Below, in pieces: positions 52,917 through 63,862 of a DNA stretch of 64,000 nt; positions within the stretch are counted from its first letter, which is position 1; each line of letters opens with the position of its first letter. The position numbers and the translations under genes are program-made. The notes under the pieces are model-generated. The model searched no databases, was not told where the DNA came from, and saw nothing but the letters and a program-made list of their open reading frames with translations. The stretch spans positions 130,820,001-130,884,000 of the forward strand of contig NC_043000.1 in NCBI RefSeq assembly GCF_006345805.1, written 5' to 3'. The stretch is from Octopus sinensis. Its lineage: Eukaryota.

Positions 52917-52954
52917 CAGTTGAAAAGGTTTCAAAATGACCGAAACCGGTACTG
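52917..52954 (+). ncRNA. Minimal hammerhead-ribozyme-like motif, U3-A8 variant (right arm)
   Basis: CAG UUGAAAA GGUU UCAAAAU GACC GAAA CCGG UA CUG. Confidence 0.6.
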
Positions 52955-53003
52955 AAATGTTCACTATAAAATTATTTTAGCATTTTCTATTTTTGACTTG
53001 TTT

Positions 53004-53071
<68 letters not shown>

Positions 53072-53129
53072 ATTTCGTAGACAGGAACTGAAACAAATCG
53101 ATCGTATATATATGTATATATGTAAGTGT

Positions 53130-54895
53130 ATAGGTTTTGGTATTGGCAACATGAATGACAATGGCCAGAGACTACTTGAATTTTGCACATTCCATAACCT
53201 GTGCATCACTAACACATTCTTTGCCAACAAGACCTCCCACAAGGCATCTTGGAGATATCCAAGATCTCACCACTGGCATCAGCTGGATCTCATCATTACA
53301 CGAAGACCCTTTCTGAATTCTGTTCAACTGACTCGTAGTTACCACAGCGCGGATTGTGACACAGATCATTCACAATTAAGAAGCAGGGTGAGGATTCTGC
53401 CTAAAAAGTCCATCAATCCAAGAAAATGGGCCGACCACGCATTAACACTGCCAGAACCTCCGACCCTACACTGCGACAATGTTTTCCTGTTTCTATCAAA
53501 GTTGCCCTCAGTAGTTGCCCAACCACCTCTGCTGAAAGTAGGTGGAATTATATCAGGGAAGCTTTGTATATCACATCAATAGATACTTTCGGCATGAGAG
53601 AAAGGCAAAACGCAGATTTTGTTCAGTGCTGGGCTCTCAGAGCTGGAAACAGTTATCGAAACAAAGCGTGCAGCTCTGATGTAATACAAGAGTGATTCTT
53701 CTATAAAGTCACTCAGAAAGGCAAGAAATAAAACCCAACTGACTGCCAGACGCTGTGCAAATAGGTATTGGCAGGAAATCTGTCAGAGTATCCAGTCAAC
53801 TGCTGACAGTAGCAACACCCGTGGGATGTATGCCAGTTTGAAGAAGGTCCTCGGTCCATCCGCAACCAAGTCAGCCCCTCTGAAATCAACTACTGGGGAT
53901 CTCATCAAGGACCAAAGCAAGCAAATGGATAGATGAGTGGAGTACTACCAGGATCTGTACTAACGGGGAACCACGGTAGCTGAGGCTGCAATCCAGGGTG
54001 TCAAAATCTTGCCAGTCATGTATGAACTTGACAGTCTGCCATCTATAGCAGAGCTCACCAAGGCTATTGACTCCCTAGCAAGTAACAAGGCTCCGGGAAA
54101 AAACGACATCCCCTTAGAGATCATCAAAACCGGCAAAAACCCCATCCTCCTTCGGCACATTCATGAGTTTCTGTGTCAGTGCTGGGAAGAGGGTACAGTC
54201 CCTCAGGATATGTGGGATGCTAACATCATTACGCTTTACAAAAACAAAGGTGAACGTGGAGATTGTAACAATTACCGTGGAATATCTCGTCTAAGCACTG
54301 TTGGAAAGGCCTCTGCTCGCATTATCCTGTCCAGGCTGCAACTGCTTGCTTCTCGAATTTATTCAGAATCCCAGTGTGACTTTAGAAGAAGCAGATCAAC
54401 TATTGACATGATATTCTCCATACGCCAAATTCAGAAGTCCAGAGAGCAGAAAATGCCATTATATACGGCCTTCATTGATATGACAAAGGCCTTTGACTTG
54501 GTAAGTAGAAAAGGCCTCTTCATCCTGCTCCAAAAAATCGGATATCCACCAAAGCTGCTGAGGATCATCACATCTTTCCATGATGATATGCAAGGCACCA
54601 TACAGCACAATGGTTCAACATAAGCCGCCTTCCAAATAAAAAAATGGGGTAAAGCAAGGTTGTGTCCTTGCTCCTACATTATTTGGCATCTTCTTCTCGC
54701 TGATGCTGTCACATGCCTTTGTGACATCAGATGATGGAGTGTTTCTGTACAGTAGAAGTGATGGGAAACTGTTCAATCTCTCGCGTCTGCGTACCAAGAC
54801 CAAAATCAGAAGCGTCCTGATCAAGGTGATGCTATTAGCTGATGATACCGCTCTGGTATCACACACAGAAGAAGCCCTACAAAGGCTCATCAAAC
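53130..54895 (+). mobile_element. RTE-clade LINE ORF fragment (APE end plus most of RT), degenerate
   Basis: NDNGQRLLEFC...NTFF...HWHQLDLII...CDTDH; KAPG; CNNYRGIS; AFIDMTKAFDLVSR; KQGCVLAPTLFG; LADD. Confidence 0.93.
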
Positions 54896-54980
54896 ACTTG
54901 CCCAAGGTGCCACGCAGTGGGACTTAACCTGGAACCATGTGGTTGGTAAGCAAGCTACTTACCACACAGCCACTCCTGCG
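54893..54980 (-). mobile_element. SINE-A head fragment fused to the RTE
   Basis: ACACTTGCCCAAGGTGCC...CACTCCTGCG. Confidence 0.85.
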
Positions 54981-55085
54981 TATAACTGGCTGAGCATTCC
55001 ACAGGCACATGTGCCTTTAACGTAATTCTCAAACAGAATTAGCGTAGCACAGTATGTGACACGGCTGCACATTTTGAATTAGAGG
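54981..55085 (-). mobile_element. Old SINE-C internal fragment
   Basis: GGCTGAGCATTCCACAGGCAC...TTAACGTAATTCTC. Confidence 0.6.
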
Positions 55086-55276
55086 TGCAATCCACTCCAT
55101 GAACTTTTCTGTAGATTTTCTATCTGTCTAATTTCCCTTACAACGTATGAGTTGACCCGAGGCGAGAGAAAATGGCATTTGTCCAAAATTCCACGCAAAG
55201 GATTGACCCTGTAGCCTCGAAGTTGGGGAGCGAAGTTCTTAACCATTCAGCCATACTTACCTAGAAATTAGATTTT

Positions 55277-55660
55277 GGAAGCACTCCGTCGGTTACGACG
55301 ACGAGGGTTCCGGTTGATCCGAATCAACGGAACAGCCTGCTCGTAAAATTAACGTGTAAGTGGCTGAGCACTCCACAGACACGCATACCCTTAACGTAGT
55401 TCTCGGGAATATTCAGCGTGACACAGAGAGTGACAAGGCCGGCCCTTTGAAATACAGGTACAACAGAAACAGGAAGTAAGAGTGAGAGAAAGTTGTGGTG
55501 AAAGAGTACAGCAGGCATCACCACCATCCCCTGCCGGAGCCTCGTGGAGCTTTTAGGTGTTTTCGCTCAATAAACACACACAACGCCCGGTCTGGGAATC
55601 GAAACCGCGATCCTATGACCGCGAGTCCGCTGCCCTAACCACTGGGCCATTGCGCCTCCA
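55277..55660 (-). mobile_element. SINE-C, full-length, with a ~12-bp TSD
   Basis: TTACCTAGAAAT at 55257-55268 and 55664-55675. Confidence 0.92.
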
Positions 55661-56490
55661 CTTTTACCTAGAAATAACTATACCTTCACAACAGAGCGAG
55701 AAATATGTAGGGAAACGACGAAGAGAACTATACTGCGTCCATTATTATAGTTCTCGTTAATATTTATTCTGAAATTCATAGTCACCCTAATCAACTCTGC
55801 CAGCGACAGAAAACATTTCCTAATCGATAAATGGTCTCAAAAATAATGAATACTTTCAAATTGACATGAACACAATTCAGGAGAGAAAGGAAGGAAGTAC
55901 TAAACAGGTTTGGGATTTCGCAATATTTAAATTAAAACTGGAAAGGTTGTCGTCAACGTCTGTTGATGTGGCTAACTGAACCGCTGTTGTTTTAATTATT
56001 ACACTTTTTATTACTGCCCATTCTTGTTGGTTTTATATTTTAGCTGTTCGCTGCGTTTTTTACTTTTATCTTTCATGCTTCCATTTTTGTTTTTTGTTTT
56101 TTTATTTTTTGTTTTTTTGTTTTTTAATCTATCGGTGGTGGATGTAGTTGTTGCTGTTTTTAATGTTGTTGTTGTTTGGCGAATTGTAGCTGTTTTGGGT
56201 GTTTTAGATGTTATTATTGCTGTTACTGCTGCTATTGTTGCGGTCGATTTTGTTTTTGTTGTTTTGAGACAGTTTTATAAGCTAGATACATGAAAGAAGG
56301 GATGATATAGACGAATCGATATGCTAACTCATTCCAATATTCCAGTTGTCCTTAATAACCTGATAGGGAAAAGGATACCATCTACTAAATCCTTTCATTT
56401 GGTACCGTGTGGAGGCAGGCCTTGCTGGAACGTAGTTTACAATGTCACTAATCGAAGTAGGAGAATTTCTCTCATCGTTCTCACTTTACA

Positions 56491-57047
56491 TTGGGTTGTC
56501 CAGAAAATTCCTAAAGATTTTTAAAGGAAAGAAAAAGGTACCCAAGATTTACCCGGTGCTCATGAACGACGGACTTTGATAGGTTGAGGCTTTCTGCCAA
56601 TTCTCGGGTTGTGCAATGTGGGTTATTCTCAATTAATGACTTGATTTGGTCATCATCTGTAGTGGATGGTCTGCCTGATCGCTCTTTATCAACAAGGCTA
56701 CAATCTCCAGCTCAGAACTTTGCGAACAACTTCCGTACGGTTCTTTCGGATAAAATAACATCACCGTAAACTGTGCATATTTCTTTGGTTGCTTGTGAGG
56801 CATTTTTCCCTTTACGGAAAAAGAAAAGCATCAAGTGTCGAAAAATGCACTTTCTTATCTTCCATTTTAAAGGGTTACAGAATTAATACAGATAATAGGA
56901 ACATAAACCTTCTTTACATGAAAGATAGCTTAAACTGTGCTCTAAATGGAGATGTAGTCAAATCCTATTTTGTGGGCTCAACCATGTTCTAAAATTAGTC
57001 GAAAGGTAAGCTACTATAAATCGGTACGAACTTTCCGGACAACCCAA
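56491..57047 (-). mobile_element. Internally deleted mariner retaining the N-terminal HTH region
   Basis: Same TIR family; minus strand gives MEDKKVHF...KGKNASQATKEIC.VYG...RSGRPSTTDDDQIKSLIE. Confidence 0.92.
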
Positions 57048-57714
57048 TAGTTGTGGTGGAGACGGTTTTGTTGTTTTTCTTTAGAACCAGCTGAAGCCTA
57101 ATCGAGCTGATATATGATTAAACGCATTCCAACTGTGACCAGCTTGTCTTTTGAGGATATTTAGGACTACATTTCTAATACGTTCTTCCTATTTCTAAGA
57201 TGATAAAATGTCCAGTGAGTGATATTCAGCTATTTCTAACACGGCATACGACTACTTTAAGACTCCCTCGTTGGTTGGAGTAGCTGCTTTTAGTTTGATT
57301 CACGTTGATGGTCGAATTGCTCATGCTGCTGCTGCTGCTGTTGTTGTTGTTGATGTTGTCTTAGTTGATGTTGTTCGATGTAAGTTATGTCTATTGCTCT
57401 TCCGGTAGTTATATTTTTACAGTTCGTGTGCTTATTAATAGTAGCAAAAGTAGTTGATGGTGACAGCATTGCAGTATTCGTCTTTTTTCTTGTTGTGGCT
57501 TAATCTCGAGACAACGCTGACGAAGCAGAGCTACAATCAAATTTATTCCAGCTATGGCCACCCTATCTGTTCACCCAGTACGGTGCACCCAAACTACATT
57601 ACACATCGATCACTTTCATTTTTAGGGCTTCAGAATGTCATACGAGGGGAGATCTTGGTTGCTATCTTTAATTTATTGTGTTTACATAGAGGCTTCGTCA
57701 TGCTGCTGCTGCTG

Positions 57715-58046
57715 CATTCTTCTTCTTCTTCTTCTTCTTCTTCTTCTTCTTCTTCTTCTTCTTTCTTCTTCACCTCCTTCTTCTTCATCTTCTTCTTCAT
57801 CTTCTTCTTCTTCTTCTTCATCTTCTTCTTCTTCTTCATCTTCATCTTCTTCTTCTTCTTCATCTTCTTCTTCTTCTTCTTCATCTTCTTCTTCTTCTTC
57901 TTTTCATCTTCTTTTAATCTTTCTTCATCTTCTTCTTCTTTCTTCTCATTCTTCATCATCTTCTTCTTCATCTTCTTCTTCTTCTTCATCTTCTTCTTCA
58001 TCTTCATCTTCTTCTTCATCTTCTTCTTCATCTTCATCTTCTTCTT
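57715..58046. repeat. (TTC/TCA)n trinucleotide tract
   Basis: Seen directly. Confidence 0.95.
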
Positions 58047-58114
58047 CCAATCAGGACTCACGCTATTAGCCACAAAGAATAATCTCTAATTCGAGCCTAC
58101 TATCAGTTACTAAG

Positions 58115-58464
58115 AATGCGTGTGGCAACTTGAAAATCCACCCACCACACGCGATAGATTGGCGGTTGCACGGGCGCCAAAGCTACGTTGTTATCCTCAT
58201 TCCGCAAACGGTGGCTTTTAACGGGTGGGGAGCTGAACCATCCTGGGGTACAGAGGATTCGCATTCTAGACTAGGGTCTGAAAGTTTACCACACCATAGT
58301 GGGTTACACCATGGTTCCTCTGCTTTGTGGCAGAAGTAGAAAGAAAGATTGAGAGAAAGCTGTGGTGAAAGAGTACAGCGGAGTTCACCTCCACCCCCGC
58401 CGGAGCCTCGTGGAGCTTATGTATTTTTGCTCAATAAACACTCACAATGTCCGGTCTGGGAATC
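58115..58464 (-). mobile_element. SINE-C head and core with a different 3' region
   Basis: 58340-58464 matches SINE-C; 58115-58330 does not match the other C tails. Confidence 0.65.
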
Positions 58465-58655
58465 TGCTGCTGTTTAGTCCCAGATAGTCCCTAACTGAAC
58501 AAATTTATGAAGGAAATCATTCAACCATGACTTTCCCATCTGTTTCCAATATGCTAAGAATTCAGGAACATATTTTCCAACGTATGCTTTCCTAAGGCTG
58601 TAGGATGTGATTTGAAAGAATTTGGCTGCTATATCTAGCAAAACAAATGAATACC

Positions 58656-58690
58656 CAATGGCGCCGCCATTGTCTCGTGATATCACGAGA
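58656..58690. promoter_or_regulatory. Possible regulatory element: back-to-back YY1-like sites plus an 18-bp palindrome
   Basis: CAATGGCGCCGCCATTG followed by the perfect palindrome TCTCGTGATATCACGAGA. Confidence 0.25.
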
Positions 58691-59029
58691 TGCAGTGAGG
58701 GATAGTCACAGTATTGTTACGCATGGATTATTATTACTGCAAACACGGTACTTTTCACTCTTTATACTTGTCTTTTGATTTCACTTGTTGTTGCTGTTTT
58801 TTCCAATGTTAGACTCATTGTTTTTGTGGTTGTTGTCGGGAGATCAATATATAATATGATTATGAAAGCGAGAAAGAAATCAGCAGAACTTAAAAATATG
58901 TTTACTATAACACATCAAGACCAGCCAGCCTCGCCCTAATTACATTCATTCTTAACTATATGTTATGTTCTGGCTCTGTGATTCCACTCCGAACAAAGAG
59001 AGCTAGCAAGTTTACTATACGTCGGATAA

Positions 59030-59236
59030 TTATATACATATATATATGTGTTTGCGTTTATATGTGTCTGCGTGTATATGTGCGTGTATATATATATGTG
59101 CATGTATGTATATACATGTGTATATATACATATATACATACACATACACACATATAAAATATATACATTATCTATCTATCTATCTATCTATTATCTATCT
59201 ATCTTCTATCTATCATCTATTATCTCTCTCTCTCTC

Positions 59237-59306
<70 letters not shown>

Positions 59307-59553
59307 TACATTCATGAACATACATTTATATGCACATCTGTATACATATATACTGTATTACACATAGGTGTATATACATATTAATAAATATATGAACATA
59401 TATATAAATTATATATATATATATGTATGTATGTATTATATTTATACAGTTATATGTGTGTGTAGATGTATGTACGTATGCATATATGTTACAAATATTT
59501 ATATATATATTAATCTATATATATATATAATATATACATACATGCACGTATTT

Positions 59554-59585
<32 letters not shown>

Positions 59586-59736
59586 GTATAAATACGTGCA
59601 TGTATGTATACATATATGTATTATATTAATACATACAGACATACAGCCATATATATATATATATATGCATATACATACATACATATATATATATATAATA
59701 TATAATATATATATATATGCATATATATTATATATG

Positions 59737-59809
<73 letters not shown>

Positions 59810-59820
59810 ATGTATACACA
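59030..59820. repeat. Compound (TA)/(TATC)/(TATG) microsatellite block
   Basis: Seen directly. Confidence 0.9.
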
Positions 59821-60189
59821 TGACGGCTCATACAAAATAGCGCACAATTATGTAAATGATCAACAAATAAAAATATGTCAAGAATAAAAACAAGAACAAT
59901 ATCAACAACAAATACACCAAACAAAAGGCGAAAACAACAAAACCACAATCGGTTGAGTCGCCTCTATATCTTCCCTGCGCCACCCCCTCGACACACACAC
60001 ACCTCTGATCAACACTGCCGCCATTGAAATGAAATGTCTGTCAGCAAAACAAAATATAAATATATGTGTATATATGTGTATATATATATATTAAAATAAT
60101 AACCACAAATACAACAACAAAATTGTTGGTCATAAAAAGCTTTCAGACAACCGTAAAACATTTACTAAATTGAAAACTCAGGCTTTTAA

Positions 60190-60235
60190 TAACAATAACA
60201 ACGGTAGCAACAACAATTATTATGATCATTATTAA

Positions 60236-60282
<47 letters not shown>

Positions 60283-60486
60283 ATGATGTTGTTGTTGTTG
60301 TGATAGCCATCACAATCATCATCATCATCATCTTTATGATTATCATCATCATTATCATTTGAAACGACATCGTTATTATCATGTTCATAGCTATCGTCAT
60401 TATGTTTCTGATTGTAAGTTGGCCTTGTGCCTAATTTACAAGCTATTGCTATTGTTGTTCTTATTGTTGTTGTTACAACAACAACA

Positions 60487-60517
<31 letters not shown>

Positions 60518-60520
60518 GTA
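60190..60520. repeat. Trinucleotide microsatellites (TAT, GAT, CAA, CTA)
   Basis: Seen directly. Confidence 0.9.
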
Positions 60521-60811
60521 TCCGCGGCAAAAGCTAATGGCGGAGAGCGAAGTGAATGTAAAGGAAGAATGCACATGAGAACGCGAAATGGGGAAGTAAT
60601 CTAGAGGAGAGGTTAGAGGCGAAAATGAATGGACGGATGGTTGTGTAGCGAATGTGGTCAAAAGAAAGATTTCTAATGATTAAGAGAACAATAAAGGTTG
60701 TGGATAACAGGAAAATAGTTCAAATATATCTATATTGCAAAGAGGGATATGCATGTGTGCATGTGTGTGTGCATATGTTTGGCGTGAATGTGCGTAAGCT
60801 GTTGTATACAA

Positions 60812-60842
<31 letters not shown>

Positions 60843-60915
60843 AATATATAATATATATATACATTTACATATAAATATATACACGCATATGTATATACAT
60901 ATACATATATATATA

Positions 60916-61080
60916 GGCGCAGGAGTGACTGTGTGGTAAGTAGCTTGCAAACCAACCACATGGTTCCGGGTTCAGTCCCACTGCGTGGCATCTTGGGCAA
61001 GTGTCTTCTGCTATAGCCCCGGGCCGACCAATGCCTTGTGAGTGGATTTGGTAGGCGGAAACTGAAAGAAGCCTGTCGTA

Positions 61081-61123
<43 letters not shown>

Positions 61124-61346
61124 ATATATTTGTATGTCAGTGTTTGTCCCCACCTAACATCGCTTGACTACGGATGATGGTGTGTTTACGTCCCCGTAAC
61201 TTAGCGGTTCGGCAAAAGAGACCGATAGAATAAGTACTGGGCTTACAAAGAATAAGTCCCAGGGTCGATTTGCTCGACTAAAGGTGGTGCTCCAGCATGG
61301 CCACAGTCAAATGACTGAAACATGTAAAAGAGTAAAGAGTAAAGAG
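60916..61346 (+). mobile_element. SINE-A, full-length, mosaic
   Basis: Young-type head (GCATCTT, CTGCTATAGCCCCGGG, AATGCC) with older-type AACATCGCTTGAC in the 3' half. Confidence 0.93.
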
Positions 61347-61713
61347 ATATCTATATACATATATATATATAAATGCATAGGTGTATATATGCATATTTGT
61401 GTGTGTGTATATGTGTGTGCGTGTGTGTCTAAAAGTGCATGTGTGACAATGTGTCGGCTAGTGAGACGTTAGGGCATTGAACTCGCAATCATTAGATCGT
61501 CGTTACGTTTCCCATATCGCCAAATCGGCTGTGCGTTGCGCTCTTAAGCGAAGAACGTCATTCCACGTTGGTCTAGTCCAGTCAGTTGTAAAGGGGTAAT
61601 CATACGACGGACTGGCATTTCGTTCAGGAGAGCTAAGTTACGAGGACGAACACAACCATCGGTTGTCAAGCGATGTTGTGTGGACAAACACAGACACACA
61701 AACATATAGACAC

Positions 61714-61754
<41 letters not shown>

Positions 61755-61773
61755 TATATATATATTATACAAT

Positions 61774-61815
<42 letters not shown>

Positions 61816-61929
61816 TTATATATATATCTATATATGTATATATATATACGTGGTGGTGGTGGTTCTTGTAGTTCGACGACGAAGATTCGTTTGCTCGATC
61901 AACTGAATTATCTGTTGTTCCTGAATTAA

Positions 61930-62283
61930 CTCTTTTTACTTTTTCAGTCATTTGACTGCGGCCATGCTGGAGCACCACCTTTAGTCGAACCGAATCGACC
62001 ACAGGACTTATTCTTTTGTAAGCCTAGTACTTATTCTATCGGTCTCTTTGCCGAACTGCTAAGTTACGGGGAGCCTAAACACACCAGCATCGGTTGTCAA
62101 GCGATGTTTGGGGAGACATATACATATATACGACGGGCTTCTTTCAGTTTCCGTCTACCAAATCCACTCACAAGGTTTTTGTTGGCTCGAGGCTATAGAA
62201 GACACTTGCCCAAGGTGCCATGGAGTGGGACTGAACCCGGAACCATGTGGTTGGTAAGCAAGCTACTTACCACACAGCCACTC
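61930..62283 (-). mobile_element. SINE-A, older subfamily
   Basis: Matches A; a second fragment lies at ~61655-61730. Confidence 0.9.
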
Positions 62284-62773
62284 CACTAGAATAACCTTTC
62301 GCATTATTATGTTCACGCAAAACGCACTCCGTACTTCTCCAATGTATTAAACTAACACAGTAACCAACTCTGTCAACTGTACCGCGGTCAACTACTGACA
62401 GTTTCTGTATTTTATTGAAATTCGTTAGTCCACTTTCAGTCACGTGGGAGTGGTCAGAATCCTTCCACAATAGATATACACTAGTATCATCTCTAAAGAG
62501 GATAAGTACGTCTAGACCAAGGTTCACCAAACTTTTTCGACCATCGATCCCCTTTAGCCACTTTTCCTTCCGTGTCGACCACCCTCCTCCTTTAAAATTT
62601 CTTAATACCCTACCATGCCGTACCGTATCTTAAATGCGTACCGGGTACTGATGTGGGAAATTACAATGTTAGCTAAAATATACATAAATGACAAATTAAG
62701 AAATTCTATTGAAGATGACAAACTTTTCACATTTAAAACTACGTGTACGTGTATACAGTATTAGACTTTCAGT

Positions 62774-63157
62774 GGAGGCGCAATGGCCCAGTGGTTAGGG
62801 CAGCGGACTCGCGGTCGTAGGATCGCGGTTTCGATTCCCAGACTAGGCGTTGTGAGTGTTTATTGAGCGAAAACACCTAAAGCTCCATGAGGCTCCGGCA
62901 GGGATGGTGGTGATCCCTGCTGTACTCTTTCACCGCAACTTTCTCTCACTCTTATTTCCTGTTTCTGTTGTACCTGTATTTCAAAGGGCCGGCCTTGTCA
63001 CTCTCTGTGTCACGCTGAATATCCCCGAGAACTACGATAAGGGTACACGTGTCTGTGGAATGCTCAGCCACTTACACGTTAATTTCACGAGCAGGCTGTT
63101 CAGTTGATCGGATCAACCGGAACCCTCGTCGTCGTAACCGACGGAGTGCTTCCATCC
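62774..63157 (+). mobile_element. SINE-C, full-length, with a 14-bp TSD
   Basis: ATTAGACTTTCAGT at 62760-62773 and 63158-63171. Confidence 0.95.
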
Positions 63158-63265
63158 ATTAGACTTTCAGTTTTTATAAAATTGTTTTCACGGTTAAAAA
63201 AAGTAAAAACGCATCATGTTACTGTAATATCTATTATAGAAATTGACAACATCAATGTAAGGGAT

Positions 63266-63572
63266 GGTGGAAGCACATAGCCTAGTGGTAAGAGCAGCGG
63301 ACTCGCGATCGAGGGATCTCTGGTTCGCATCTCAGACCGGTTGGTGTGTGTGTTTATGAGCGAAACACCTAAGCTCCACGCGGCTCCGGCAGAGGGTAAT
63401 GGTGAAACTTCTGTTGACTCTTTCGCCCCAACATTCTCTCAATCTTTTCTCCTGCATCTTGCAACTCACCTGCGACGGACCGGCATTCCGTTCAGGTGGA
63501 GAACCTATATGCCAAGGAAACCGGGAAACCAGCCCTAATGAGCCAGGCGTGGATCGAGAAGGAACAAACAAT
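63266..63572 (+). mobile_element. SINE-C-type head with a third kind of 3' region
   Basis: Head like 20836 and 62774; after ~63450 the sequence is unrelated (GGAAACCGGGAAACCAGCCCTAATGAGCC...GAAGGAACAAACAA). Confidence 0.75.
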
Positions 63573-63862
63573 GGGGACGAGCATGGTGCTAAGTATTTCA
63601 AGAAGTTCATCTGATGAGTTGTTCTTTCGCACGCTGACCCTCATTCGACACCTTGGCTATCATCGACCCCTTGTAATACCTTGACAACCGCTAGGGGGTC
63701 ACTCGGATCCCCTTCGGCGACGCCTGGTCTACACCCAGACCCAAATATAATGAAATTCACATTCTGTTTCATTGGGTGTAAATATGTCCAAACAAACAAA
63801 TTTAACATTAAAATTAACCATCAGGCAGACGCTATTATAATAGTAAAATGTTTCCAGTATAG

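Larger units (their letters stand above)
51792..53015. mobile_element. ~1.2-kb fold-back of a Penelope-like 3' end
   Basis: Arms are reverse complements (about a dozen mismatches over ~460 unique bp); inner palindrome with a 19-nt loop; arm encodes HLRKFYKQAFQ*KYSPELN (GIY-YIG C-terminus-like). Confidence 0.85.

Noticed and set aside
57435-57500. VAKVVDGDSIAV resembling a staphylococcal-nuclease motif
   Set aside because: It lies in low-complexity GTT/GAT-rich sequence, a stop follows, and downstream nuclease motifs are absent.
60916-60990. tRNA-like box A/B sequences at SINE heads
   Set aside because: These are SINE promoters followed by SINE body, with no complete cloverleaf, so not tRNA genes.
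62515-62545. CCAAGGTTCACCAAACTTTTT resembling a hAT MITE terminus
   Set aside because: No matching inverted end or 8-bp TSD found.
63608-63640. CTGATGAG hammerhead core start
   Set aside because: No stem II or GAAA follows.
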